Shown: one piece after another, positions 14,402 through 27,305 of the stretch
How the letters are laid out: each line of letters begins with the position of its first letter
Numbering within the stretch: the stretch's first letter is position 1
Source: Eledone cirrhosa
Lineage: Eukaryota
NCBI GenBank assembly: GCA_964016885.1
Contig: OZ024744.1
Coordinates: 88,040,001 to 88,104,000 of the forward strand
Length of the DNA: 64,000 bases
Direction: 5' to 3'
Made by a program: the position numbers and the translations under genes
Notes under the pieces: model-generated
What the model saw: only the letters and a program-made list of their open reading frames with translations
Told to the model about the DNA's origin: nothing
Database searches by the model: none

Positions 14402-14463
<62 letters not shown>

Positions 14464-14731
14464 GAGAGAGAGAGAGAGATATATATGCATGTATATATAC
14501 TTACATATACACGCAAAAACATATGCATACATAGACCATACATATTTATATAAATATGTACCATATATATAAATATATATATATATGCATATATATATAT
14601 AGATATATATATGTATATATATATATATATATATGTGTGTGTATGTATGTATGTATACATATTCCCAAACACACACACATGCACGCACGCACGCACACAG
14701 ACACACACACACACACGCGCACATACACATA

Positions 14732-14812
<81 letters not shown>

Positions 14813-15117
14813 ATTCCAAATGATTTTTGTTGTCTATATTTATAAGTATTTGTTTGTATTCAATATCCATGTTTCCTGCTACTGATATACAGACATCAAG
14901 AATAGAAGCGTAGAAACATAGTGAAGGAAGATACGCATGGTAGTAGAAGAGAGAAAAGAAAAATAAATAGGAAATAACATTACACTCACATATTTATATA
15001 CATTGATACATACATACATACCTACCATACCATACCATACAAAAACACCCCCACCACCACACGCACACACCTATATATATATGTATATATATATATATAT
15101 ATATAATATATTATACA

Positions 15118-15178
<61 letters not shown>

Positions 15179-15744
15179 TAGTAAGAGAAATACGGAACAT
15201 AAGCTGCTGAGAAACCCAAATCTTTTGATATAGTTTTCCTCGGAGTATATATATATCTAGCTTCAATCATATAGAAACAACTTTTTCTCCGCTTTGGCAC
15301 ATCATTGGTCATAAATCTTTCTTAAATCAGCAACATTGATGGTAAAGGTATTTTCCCAGTGGATGGAAAGTATGTTTTATTTTCTCCATTTTTATTGCTT
15401 TTTCCCCCTTTTTCCTTGTTACTGACGATTTTCATTGCTAAAGTGCTGGAGGAAATATCTGTTAAACTTTGATAATCATAATTCAGGCGCAACCGACCTT
15501 TCAGTAGGTGAGCTAAGAGATACACTCGTAGACACACATATAAACACAATGACTGAGAAAGAGATATGCACACATAAGCACACATATACATAAAAACAGA
15601 TTTACACACACACACCAAACATATATATTCCCGCACACATGTGTACATATGTGAGTGTATATTACGAAATAAATATATTTATATGGCGAAACGGTGTATA
15701 GTAGGAGTGGGTTCGAATCCCACGAGTGGCGCGCAAAAATTCTA

Positions 15745-15990
15745 TTCACTTAACGTAAGGACAAATGTTAGTAGGAGATTCTTAAACCTAATTGATAAGT
15801 ATTTTCCATTACAGCATAGGTTCAGTAAAGTCTTCAATCGCTGCTCGGTGAGGATATCTTATTCTTACCGGCAATCTATGAAATCCAAAATGGCTGCAAA
15901 ACAGACCAGATTTAAATCCAGGATGCCATTTCAGGAGAAAATATGACTGTCATTGCACCAAAATTGCATCGTCTACGAGACAGAGATTAA
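15745..15990 (+). mobile_element. Penelope-like element fragment
   Basis: TNVSRRFLNLIDKYFPLQHRFSKVFNRCSVRISYS resembles [29 protein letters not shown] of the PLE ORF at 36073-37269. Confidence 0.7.
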
Positions 15991-16009
15991 TATGTAAATA
16001 TCAACCAGC

Positions 16010-16270
16010 CAGAAACCAGTGAGGTCCAGACCCGTACAGCAGCACACACTCCACTACAACAATGAAGAAGCGAATTTTCAGGTATTTACGAAGGTCCGAC
16101 TTCCACACCGATCTCAAGCTGTGGCACGCCGCCCAGGCTTTGCTCTTCCTCTCGACCACATCATCTTCCGTATTCCCAATCTTTGCTCTCAAATACAGGA
16201 AGTCCTCAACCAATTCTAGCGGCTTCCCGCCTACATTAGTGATCACCTCTCGCTTCTCAACATTCTCTAC
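16010..16270 (-). mobile_element. RTE-like LINE RT C-terminal fragment
   Basis: LELVEDFLYL...RKSKAWAACHSLRSVWKS...KIRFF..VECVLLYGS. Confidence 0.75.
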
Positions 16271-16479
16271 CATATATGTATGTATGTATATTGCCAAATA
16301 TACTATACATACATTCATGTATACATCGCTGTTTCAGAGCACCAATCTTAATATATATATATCACCTTGATCACCTTGACCGACCAGTCTGTCGGGCGCC
16401 ATTCGGCGCCGCTGGTCACAGCACGTTGGTATTTTAGCCATACGATGACGCCAAACCGCTGGCTGGGGAGGGAGGTCGA

Positions 16480-16936
<457 letters not shown>

Positions 16937-17080
16937 GGTTTGAGGTTCACCACTGTATAGAGCTCGTCTATTCCGTATGGTCAATCGTAATGCAATAATA
17001 TAGAGAGTACTCAACGTAAGGCAGTTCAACCGTCTTTGTTTTTGTAGTTGGTGATGCTATTACGGAGTTAAATATTATAA

Positions 17081-17358
17081 TGAAATGACAGGAGGCTGGA
17101 TTTGTGTAAATCCTTGAAAGGTTTATTATACTATGATCATTTCAATGACCGGGCGACCGGCTGAAGTTGAAGGAACAGAATAGCGGTCGCCCTCAGGTCC
17201 TCGATTTTCAGCCCCATGGATGTTATCTATTACATTCACGTATTATATTTCGAATACCTGATGATATCACCGGATTCATACGGAACCCGGTCATTGAAAT
17301 GATCATAGTATAATAAACCTTTCAAGGATTTACACAAATCCAGCCTCCTGTCATTTCA
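17081..17358 (+). mobile_element. Short non-coding PLE-type foldback (73-bp inverted arms, 17081-17153 and 17286-17358)
   Basis: Perfect inverted arms, a hammerhead motif overlapping the right arm, and a (TA)n flank. Confidence 0.7.
17254..17311 (+). ncRNA. Minimal type I hammerhead ribozyme motif with palindromic stem/loop III
   Basis: AUAC-CUGAUGA-uauc[ACCGGAUUC auacg GAACCCGGU]cauu-GAA-AUGAUCAU-A/GUAU. The base of stem II is imperfect. Confidence 0.65.
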
Positions 17359-17366
17359 CATTTCAT

Positions 17367-17491
<125 letters not shown>

Positions 17492-20400
17492 GATATATGC
17501 TTATATATATGCGCGTGTGTGTGTGTGTAATTATTTAGGTATGAATGTATGTATGTATGTATGCATATATGTATGTATGCATGTATGTATATTTGTATGT
17601 TTGTATACTTGTATGTGAGTATATATGTATGTATATATGTATGTATGTATGTATCTATGTATGTATGTATGTATGTTCTTATGGTTTTATAATTTCACAA
17701 ATGTTTGCCAATAGGGAGAGAGTCGGTTTCTGACATAGACACAAGACTCTCATTGGAATTTACACAACATCAACTAGGTAGATATGTATGTATGCATGTG
17801 TAGATATGGATGTTATTGTATGTGTGGATGTGGATGTTTTGAGTTTTATGCATCTGAATACGCTTTGTATATGTACATGTGTATATGCAGTTATTAGATG
17901 CAATATTTTTGGAATGTTTTACATATTTTTACTTTCCATTAATGGATTGTACTTGTAATTCCCTTACTAGTTGTGTTCTTTCTATTCCTGTGAAGCTTCT
18001 CAAGATTTGTATTGAGTCAGTTACTAACATACCCCAGTGCCCCAATAATCACAGGCATAAATCTGAAGGTGTAATCAGGGTGGAGTATCTGCAGATTTCT
18101 CATCAGTTCTGCATAAATATTCTCCTCTTCATTAATCTTTGATATTATATTGGCATATGCTGGACAGCTAATTTCCACTACTGTGCATGTTTTCTTCTCC
18201 CTGTCCCATATCATAATATCTGGTCTGTTATGCCTGCATTTTATTGGGGTTTTTACTGGAACATTCCACCAGTACTCTTTCATATTATGTACATGGATGT
18301 CTTCCATATTGCTGTATCTTTCCTTGTACAGGATTGCATTGTACAGTGTTTTGGCCACTACATTATGCCTCATAGGTAGATAGTACTACGATGACATCTT
18401 TGAACAGTTGCTAATGACATATGTGACATCTTCGATGTTGATTCTACAGAGTCTGCACTTGTCACATCTAGGTGTTTTTCCTGCATCGCTGTCTCTTTTG
18501 TGAACCAGGTATTTCGTGTTGATTTCCTGTTCTTGTATTGCAAAACCGTATCATTCAAAGTGGGAGCCAATATAGCGGTTGTTGGTCCAAGATAGATTAC
18601 TTTGTTTATCTATTTTACTCTCACTCTGGGGCTTCCTGGCAACATATCCATGCATGATTTTTGGCTGATAAGCATGCACTTTTTCATCCATGGATTCACT
18701 GCGGTACTGCTGAGCAATTTGCCTGGGTGTGAGTTTTTGATTATCACACAGGGAATATGTTTCAAGGAGTTCCTTCCCTACTCTCATGATCTTATCTGTC
18801 TCATGTAGATAGATAGACTTTCTTGAGAGACGGGCTCCTACGCTTCAAGGTTCGTAGATGTTGTCAGAGGCATATGATGCGACACTCAAATGCTGTCTGG
18901 ACTGATGTTAGGCTTCTGCTTCCCTGCTTACGTTTCAACTAGGGCTGGACTGTTGATGTGGAAGTTTCCCGTATTGTTTGGTATTTTTCGAGTCCTAACA
19001 TCAACTGCTCGGATATCGTCTATCGTCCAATTGAGTACTCCAAACGTTGGTGTTAGGATAGACACAGCAAACACATTATGAGTCACTGTTTTATTGTGCG
19101 CAGAGAGTTCTGAAGACATATTTTTCTTAATCGGGTGTAATATTCCCTGGTTACGCGTTCCTTAATACAGATAACATTATAGGATATGTTCTCATCTATC
19201 CCCAGGTATCTGTAGCAATCCTCATCAGATATCGGAGAAACAGTTAGGCCATTGATGAAAATGTTGCTAGATTGGGTTGTTGTTTTTCCCGCCTTACAGT
19301 CATATAAGAGCATTTATCATGGCCAAACTCCATTCCTATATCCTTTGAGAATGTTGTAACCAGATCAAGATTTTTCTTCATCCCATCTATGTTCATAGCA
19401 TAGAGTTTCAGATCATCCACAAAGAAATTATGGGTTAGGTTCTTCTTTATGTCCTCCCGTGAGCCAATGATGTATCCTTCACGTTTCGTTTCTTCATCAG
19501 AAATGACAAGGAGATTAATGACAGGATACATATTATCACAGAAAGACTGTCTTCTTGAAGTATACCCCTGTGATATTCTATGTTATCAGTTAAAATAGAG
19601 TCCTCCTCTCTGTCTTTAATCTTAGGATAGTAGCCCAAGAAGAAGACAGCTTATCTATGGCTCTGATAATAATGTCTGGGACTTTAGCAAGTTGGAGGGC
19701 CTCTATCATCCAAGAGTGGGGAACATAATTGAAAGCTTTCCTGTAGTCGAGCCAGACTGTAGTCATATTCCTCCTAAGTTGTCGCACCTCTGACATCGCA
19801 GTTTTGTTGATTAGGAGTTGCTCAGCACACACGCAAACCCCTTTCTTTCCAGCTACTTGATCATCTGTGATGATGTTATTATTTTCACAGTGATCTTGGA
19901 GGAATAGGTTCAGGCAGGCTGTATACATCTTATACATCAGGTTCTGGCATGCAATGGGTCGGTAGTTTTTTGCCAAATGGGTGTCTTTGTTCTTGCGGAC
20001 CAGTATTGTTTGTTCTAATGTCAACCATTCTGGTATAAGTGTATCTCCCTTAAGAAGTTGTTGGTAGAGGTCGGTAAAATACCTCCAATAGAATATCAGT
20101 TTTTTGTACCAGTAGCCGACAATCATGTCTCTTTCTGGTGTTTTCTTATCTTGGAGTTTTCCCATCACAGTCTCAAGGCTACCCTCACTTATTTCGTATG
20201 TTTTTTGTTGTAGTGTAGGAGCAATAGTTATTTTGGATTTCTTTTAGCCACACTGCATCTTGGTTGAAATTCTTCTTTTCACCCCATATTTTTCTCCAAA
20301 AGGAATGTATTTTTTTCTGGGATGGGGCCTCTGTGACACTTATTATTTTGCCCTTTATATCTCTAAAGACTGATGGTTTGGTTTCGTCTGAATCTTTTAT

Positions 20401-20965
20401 TAATTATTTTTCTTTCATCTACCTTCTTCAAGTATCTGCGTTTTTCGCTGACAGCTCTCAATTCATCTTTGAGGGTGATCAGCTTATATTGAAGAGTTCT
20501 GGTTCTACTTTTACCAAAATCATTTCTATTTTATTTTTCACTCTTTGTTTGTGAGGAGTGAAGTTTTTTTTTGGTTTTCATTGCATGTAAGGAGCATTGT
20601 CACATATCCTATGGTTTTTCGTAGGTCAGTAATCTTTTTTTTCTATTTTAGTTATATATGATGGTATTTTTGGCGGTGTCATGTTCTTGTTAATATCTCT
20701 GCTATCACCAAGATAATGTTTCACTGTCGTTGCTAAGGCATATAAATAGGCGTTCATTTACCAAAATGTATGTGTTTTAATCCGTCGTAAATATCCATTC
20801 CCTATTTCGTCAATAACACGTAATATTTCATTATTTGTTTTTTGTTATTAAATAATAGCATAGGCACCCGGCGTTGCCCGGTATAACTCTCAATGCAGTA
20901 GTCGTTCAAATTTGCCGAAAGACTTCCGTTAAACACGACTATAGAAGTAACAATTTATAGGTGTT

Positions 20966-21445
20966 GGCCCTAAAGAGGGCCTTTGAACGTTCACTTTGAA
21001 ATATCTCTGCGGTGTTGCTGCCAGTAAAGACGAATCCGATGCTAACAATTTAAAGTTGGTGGCCCTAAAGAGAGCCTTGGATCGTTCAATCTTAAAAGTC
21101 TCAGCGGCGGTGCTGCCAGCAAAGACGAATCCAGCGATAACAATTCATAGTTGGTGGCCCTGAAGAGGACCTTTTAACGTTCACTTTGAAATATGTGAGC
21201 GGCGGAGCTCCCAGCAAAGAAGAATCCGATGGTAATAATTTAAACTTGGTGGCCCTGAAGAGGGCCTTGGATCGTTCACTCTTAAAAGTCCCAGTGGCAG
21301 AGCTGTCAGCAAAGACGACTCCGATTAGAGGTGGTTGCTCTTAAGAAGTCCTTCACAACACTTTGGTGTGTCGTATTTGCTTTTCTTGTTATTTGAAATT
21401 GTAACCTAGAAAAGCATGTAACAGTCGGTGGCCACAAAAACGGCC
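20966..21445 (-). promoter_or_regulatory. Tandem array (95-bp period) of histone-mRNA-type 3' stem-loops inside the Helitron
   Basis: 16-nt hairpins at 20966-20981 (GGCCCU CUUU AGGGCC), 21061-21076 (GGCUCU CUUU AGGGCC), 21156-21171 (GGUCCU CUUC AGGGCC), 21251-21266 (GGCCCU CUUC AGGGCC) and 21430-21445 (GGCCGU UUUU GUGGCC). Flanks are CCAA/CAAA/AAAA 5' and mostly ACC 3'. Confidence 0.75.
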
Positions 21446-21705
21446 TTGGCAAGATCACGCTGGAATGTCAAAAAAATGTGTATATAAGATGTAGGGAAAA
21501 GTAGATAAATCGAACTACGGAACATCGATAGCAAAGCGTAATAGCAACATATAAATGAGACATTGAACATTTATAACGTATAGCAAAAGCAACCTCAGAG
21601 GCGTACGTGGTATTGTCAAAAGGACAAAAATAGCACACGGATACAGCAAATGTAAGCACTTATACAAAAAAAAAAACACCGATTACTTATTGGCGAATGG
21701 GGTGC

Positions 21706-22230
21706 CTACAAAACTTCCTTATAGACTATATTTGGGGTTTTCTCGAGAGTTCCAAAAGCAAATAGGTTATGTCGGCTCCCCCTCGAGAGCAGCCAACATA
21801 TATTTGACCATGTGAGAAGCACGGTTCTTCTAAATTAAGCCCTACGACCATCAGCGTCTGACCCTATGATTTGTTAATCGACATGGCGAAACTGAGAGGG
21901 AATTGCAGCCTTCTGAATGTGAAAGGAATCTCTTTACCGGAAGGAATAAGAGGTAACTTTGGTATGAAGACAGTATCCCCCTTACCACATCCTGTAAATA
22001 TTGTTGCTTCAATAACAAGAGGCACCACCTTTTGAACGACCAGACGAGTGCCGTCGGAAAGCCTTCGGGGTTCGAAATTCCTGAGGAGCATGACAGGGGC
22101 ACCGTTCTTAATTCGCAGTAAGTGTGGTGGCAATCCGGGAAGGTCTAGGAAATTAAGAAATTCTGTGGGGTGATGAACAACTTCGTACGGATCAGCCATA
22201 GAGTCATGGGACTTGTAGATGTGCAGGTTT
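21706..22230 (-). pseudogene. Helitron RepHel PIF1-family helicase C-terminal remnant
   Basis: EFLN.LDLPGLPPHLLRIK.GAPVMLLRN...GTRL, FTFRRLQFPLSFAMSINKS*GQTL, PCFSHGQIYVGCSR, TPNIVYKEVL* (stop at 21706-21708). Confidence 0.9.
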
Positions 22231-22334
22231 CCAGGCCAGCACAGCGTAGTCGGAGGAGGGCTCGTAGTTTAGGCCTTCAACAGCCATCGTGAATTGCAAG
22301 TCCTAGAAATTCCATGTAATGATGATCGCCGCTG

Positions 22335-22727
22335 TTCACTTCCAGAAGTCGGCCACGTCGTTGGTCTATGGTTTCAGTATTTCGTGCAGCAGCAGTGGCA
22401 GTAGCGTCCCTGCTTCGTCGAACGGCGCGTCGTCCTTCATCCTCTCGCGCGCGAGCAGCGGCTGTTACAATGGCGCCCCTGCTTCGTTGAACGGCACCTC
22501 GTCCTTCATCCTCTCGAACGCGAGCAGCAGCAGTCGCGGCAGCATCTTTGTTCCGTCGAAGTTCACGCCGACTGTCATCCTCCTCCACTCTTGTAGCTGC
22601 CGTCTGCACAGCATTCTGTGAGAGCCTGATCGCAGTCGCATTTACATCTTCGGTGAGACGCCTTCGCTTAGATCTACTTGCATCATTATATAATCGACCA
22701 ATGAAAGTTCTTTTCTTGGGGGGCTTT
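22335..22727 (-). pseudogene. Helitron RepHel N-terminal remnant with 23-aa (STPR-like) repeats
   Basis: PPKKRTFIGR start region, then EDDSRRELRRNKDAAATAAARVR / EDEGRGAVQRSRGAIVTAAARAR / EDEGRRAVRRSRDATATAAARNT / ETIDQRRGRL. Confidence 0.7.
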
Positions 22728-23379
22728 GTTTTTATAAAATTAACCAGGGAGAATGATAAATAGTGGACAAATAACGTTTAAGTAAGCAAATTTAAACACG
22801 GGTATAAATTGTGAAAAAATATGATATATCTATGTGGTCTGAGAAAGTGGGTATGTTTTGCAAGATTTTGTGTACCAGTCAAATTTCAGGTTTTAAGTTA
22901 GGGGCAACGCAGCGTACGGACTACCTGTGATAAAGGAAATTAAATAGTGTGGCTACAGTGGTAGGTATATATGTGTCGGTATGTTTGTTCAGTTCGAACA
23001 TAGCAATAAGTAAGTACTAACCATTGAAAGGATACAGGCCAAAATGTCAGAAAAATCACAGCATGATAAACTGGAACCTTATGACCATAAACACATTAAC
23101 TAAACCTCTTTTAAGGTGACAAATGTTGAAGAAGCAGGCGTTTCGGAAACATGGGGTAGCTTATGAGAGTACGCATGTAAAAAAACCTACCACTTGTCAA
23201 AAGCCAAAAAAGAAGTGTGATCCTAGGTCGGACTTGACCGATATAAATAGGAGTGATTTCGCTCAATGAACAACACTCGAGTTGTCTGATTGATTAGATA
23301 ATACAAATAAGTGTGATGAAATCTACAGAACACAATTCACTGATGTGTGGTTGGCCAGAGGTCGCCATTTCGCACTTAC

Positions 23380-24400
23380 TTGAGGTGCAATTAAACGGGG
23401 GAGACAACATTGTGCAAAAACTAATCACTCATTCGCACAGTTTAGGCATGAGTGTGAAATAGCACAATCCACATACAGTAGGCATTAAAATTTACACCTG
23501 GGTTAAATCGCGCTTTCTTGGTTAGGAGTGTGAAATGACGCCAAAATTCAAGGAAACAAATTTAACTCCTCATTCCGCTCTTAACACGAGGGAGACAACT
23601 AGGTGCAAAATTCAATTCAATCATCCTAAAGTTAACTAATCAAACTAAAGTTAAGTCAGGGGGAATTAAAATTCGCTACTCCATCTGTAGGACATGAGTA
23701 ACCGATGCATCAACTTTCGTTTAAATTGACTTTTATTTCCAGAAGTTGAAATGCTTTGCTGCAACCATAATATGAACTTTAAAAGTGGTCCAAAGGGGCT
23801 CACTGCTCCCCCAGGTGATTCCTTTGTAAAATTCAAGTGATAACGAATGTGTGGTGCTTTATCTTATTGCAGGCAATAGGCATTTCGTTTAGTTTTTGTA
23901 AGAATCAAGTATAAACTCCCGAGGTTATGGTGCTTTTTTTATTGTGGCAGTTTGAAATTTTATAGGTTAATGGATTGGGCTCATTGTCCCCGAGGGGGTC
24001 CTCTTGCTGAATTGAAATGAAAGTAAATGTGCCTCACTGTATCTTCATCTGTAGTACATGAATAACAACTAAGTCGAAATTCGTTTTATTGGACTACCAA
24101 TTATCGAATCTATGACGCATTGCTGCATTACAATAGCCAAATTCAATAAATGACCCACCGGGGCTTACTGCCCCTGAGGGTCCTCTTGCTTGTTCCGGGT
24201 ATAGACAGTGTCTTAAACATCATCTTTAGGCAATGGGTGACCAATGTGTCCGGTAAAGTTAAAATCGAACGTAAACTTCAAAAGTTATCAGGTACTAATA
24301 CAGTGTTAATGTGAACTTCAATAGATAAATCGAAGGGACTTACTTAAGATGGTTATCTGCCCCGGGGAGGGGGGGGGGGCACAGCAATGCATGCGGTTAC
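23380..24400. repeat. Degenerate ~180-190-bp tandem repeats in the Helitron 5' region
   Basis: gggct(c/t)a(c/t)tg..ccc motif near 23796, 23977, 24160 and 24335; ggagacaac..gtgcaaaa near 23400 and 23591. Confidence 0.55.
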
Positions 24401-24741
24401 ACAATCAGACAGACATCTTCTGTTTTATATATAGATTGTTATTTTAATACGTTCAGCAAGAGAAATGTTTATACATTAATTAATTTCTCTCTGGGAGATG
24501 GGAGATTTCATTTAGAGAAATTTTCAATTTTTTTATACTTTTGATTATTATTATTATTATCGATAGTATTTTCCACAACAGTCGAGGTAGACTCAGATGG
24601 TATACGTGATGCCAAATTTCTTACGGGCATAGTTGTTTCAAGGCACTGTTCGACCTTGCTGCTAGGAAGTCTAGTAGCTTGGCGACCTGTAGCACGTGTT
24701 GTTGATTCCATGTTTGTTCTAGGGGACTTAGAATTGATAAT

Positions 24742-24853
24742 TGTTTCTACGTTAGGCACAAGGCCAGCAATTACCCAGTGTATTACTGGTACTTTATTTT
24801 ATCGACCCCGTAAGGATGAAAGGCAAAGTTAACCTCGGCGGGATTTGAACTCA
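24742..24853 (-). mobile_element. 5'-truncated SINE with 17-bp TSD
   Basis: gacttagaattgataat at 24725-24741 and 24854-24870. Confidence 0.88.
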
Positions 24854-25719
24854 GACTTAGAATTGATAATATTTATTTTTACGTTCAACAAACGTCGCTT
24901 GTTGGCGTAAGTGTTTCGCTGTGAAATGATTTAGCTCTAGATTTATTTTGTTCCAGTGTAGCTTCATTCTGTTCATATAGCCAACGGAAGGATTTTTTTT
25001 TTTTTTGCCATTTTATAACAATTAAATAAATCATCATTAAGTTCGCAACTCCAAGAGAAATGCGATTCAAATTTCGGTTTCTTCTGTAGCTACAACTGAA
25101 TAAAGTTTGTTTACTTTTATCGTTTATTTTCTACGGTATTTCCTTAATGTTATTGATGTTGTTGTGTTCAGCCATGCTGTTTGTAGCAGATCCTTATAAA
25201 ATGGATTATGTATTTAGTCGGTTATGTCTACGAATTCGAATAAAATGTGTCTTCAGTGGATATAGTTAGGAGAATATTCAGGCATTCAACATGACTGTAG
25301 TTGTGACATTACTGTCAGAGATAATATTCATCTTAAATTTAATGAATAGTCCCCCACGCCAAAATATGCGACTGATCGCGTTGACTGACTCTGTATATAT
25401 GTATGTGTGTATGAATGTATGTATTATGTATGTATCAATGTGTGTCTGCGTATCTATGTATGTATTTATGTATGTATGTAAGTATGTGAGTGCGTGTGTT
25501 TCGTGTATCTACATATATAACTATAAAATTACAGAAGAAAGTTCTTTTAAATTTAATTGCTTTGCACACGTTTCAATATATACATACACTCATACATACA
25601 CACACATATAAATACATACATCCATACATACATATATAGGTACATACACATACAAGGTCAGTTCCCTGGTGGAATCAGGATCCTGTCTTCTTTCCTACAA
25701 ACAATTTAGTTCATCCCAA

Positions 25720-26082
25720 GTTTACATTAAGCTGGAGAGAAATGAAGCAAGCATGCTCTGATGGATGTGCAATATCAATGTGCATGAACGACCAAGCATA
25801 GGCGAGTTGAGAGTGAAACTGTATAAAAGGGATAAGTTGAAGTGTGTGGGAGAGAAGACTGCGTTGCTATGGACATGTGATACGTATGGGGGATGACCGG
25901 TGGGTAAAGAAGTGCCAAGAAATCCCAGTTGAAGAAAGACGCAATAGAGGAAGACCACGAAAATCATGGGCGAAGGTGGTGAGAGCTCACGGAGGAGATG
26001 ACGAAAGACCGTGACGAATAGAGAGATGCTGGTCTGAATAGGACCCGTCCCACCCTTGCAAGCAGGGAAAAGCGGGCGTAAA

Positions 26083-26117
<35 letters not shown>

Positions 26118-26155
26118 AATGATGATGGTGGTGATGGTGATGGTGATGGTGATGG

Positions 26156-26200
<45 letters not shown>

Positions 26201-26232
26201 CGATGATGATGATGATGATGATGATGATGAGG
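25720..26232 (+). mobile_element. RTE-clade LINE 3' end with expanded (GAT)n tail
   Basis: KLERNEASML.WMCNISVHER...RLRCYGHVIRM..WVKKC...RGRPRKSW, followed by a ~150-bp (GAT/GGT)n tract. Confidence 0.8.
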
Positions 26233-26329
26233 ATTCTATTATGTTCCCAAACTGGAATTGCTTCTCTATCTCTTCCACCGATTCAACTATAAAAACAAGC
26301 ATATATATATATGTTCCTATGGACAGCCA

Positions 26330-27305
26330 GTTTTCCCATCCTCCAATAAAGCCTCGAAGACTATAATGAACAGAAGTGAACTGAGTACTAAGCCATGATA
26401 AATATTTACATGCACATTGAAATCCACACTAAACTTATAACATACCATATACCCATCGGCCTATTCCGTTTGCTAACACGTCAAAAGTTTTATCTTTGCC
26501 CCGGATGAGTCAGTGTTGATGTGGTTAACCATTCTTCTCGAGTTAACATTGCAGATAGTTCATTTGCATCACAAAATGTTAAGAACCTTGCTCCCTTTTC
26601 ATTTCTTGAGTCATATCCATAGCTACTGTGTATGTCAATGTAGCCATACTGGTGCTACACAACACGCCCGCCGAAGTTGCAAGCTACAATGATACTTTTC
26701 TCTGTCATTAGTAACTGAGGTTGTATGTAAGAGTTCTTCATAGAAACGGTACTTTTGTTCATTACATAGCCCTGATTGTGGTGTACATTCATAGATAATT
26801 AATTAGTTCTACTATAGGCACAAGGCCAGTAATTTGAAGGGGTGCAGGAAAGTTGATCAAATCTACCCCATTGTATTACTATTACTTTATTTTATCGACC
26901 CCGTAAGGATGAAAGGCAAAGATAACCTCAGCTGGATTTAAAATCAGAACGTAACGAGCCATAACTCTCTGCCACGAAGCATGTTGTCCGATGCTCTACC
27001 GATAATACTAATCCACCGCCCTCATAGTAATTGTGTATTGTCTATGTCTATTCTGAGCTTGATAGTTTTGTAACTTGCTTAAGCTACTTCAATTACCTTC
27101 TCAGCTAGTAGGACGCCTATTCCACCTACTCCTCCTAGCCCTACATCATTTACTACTTAGAGAAGTTTATATTTAAGTTGTTTACCAGTGAGGTGTCTGA
27201 GCTAGACTCACCTTTATCTCACCTTATGAACACAGTATATATCTACTTGTCTCCTCTCAAGTAAATCCATAATTTATCCCGACCTAACTTTCAGGGTGCC
27301 TACAG
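26330..27305 (-). mobile_element. RTE-clade AP endonuclease fragment, with a SINE inserted at ~26800-27022
   Basis: GTLKVRSG.IMDLLERRQVDIYCV...GLGGVGI and GARFLTFCDANEL motifs. Confidence 0.65.

Larger units (their letters stand above)
20855..24435 (-). mobile_element. Internally deleted (non-autonomous) Helitron
   Basis: Minus strand starts A|TCTATATATAAAAC at 24435. It ends with hairpin CCGG-GCAACG-CCGG (20868-20881) then CTAT|T, a variant of CTAG. No TSD. Contains RepHel N- and C-terminal remnants. Confidence 0.88.
17890..24720 (-). mobile_element. Second decayed R4/Dong-clade element, interrupted by a Helitron at 20855-24435
   Basis: KNYRPIACQNLMYK, VWLDYRKAFNYVPHSW, FFVDDLKLYA, RHNVVAK..YWWNVPV...HNRPDIMIWDREKK..VVEISCP, PVIIGALGY. 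LINE-like sequence resumes across the Helitron. Confidence 0.85.

Noticed and set aside
21156-21270. Plus-strand CTGAAGA within the 95-bp repeat as a hammerhead core
   Set aside because: It is the reverse complement of the hairpin loop, varies to CTAAAGA in other units, and has no correctly placed stem II and GAAA.
20940-21330. Regular repeat with palindromic core as a possible CRISPR array
   Set aside because: The spacers are homologous to each other, the context is eukaryotic, and there are no cas genes; it is a tandem repeat.
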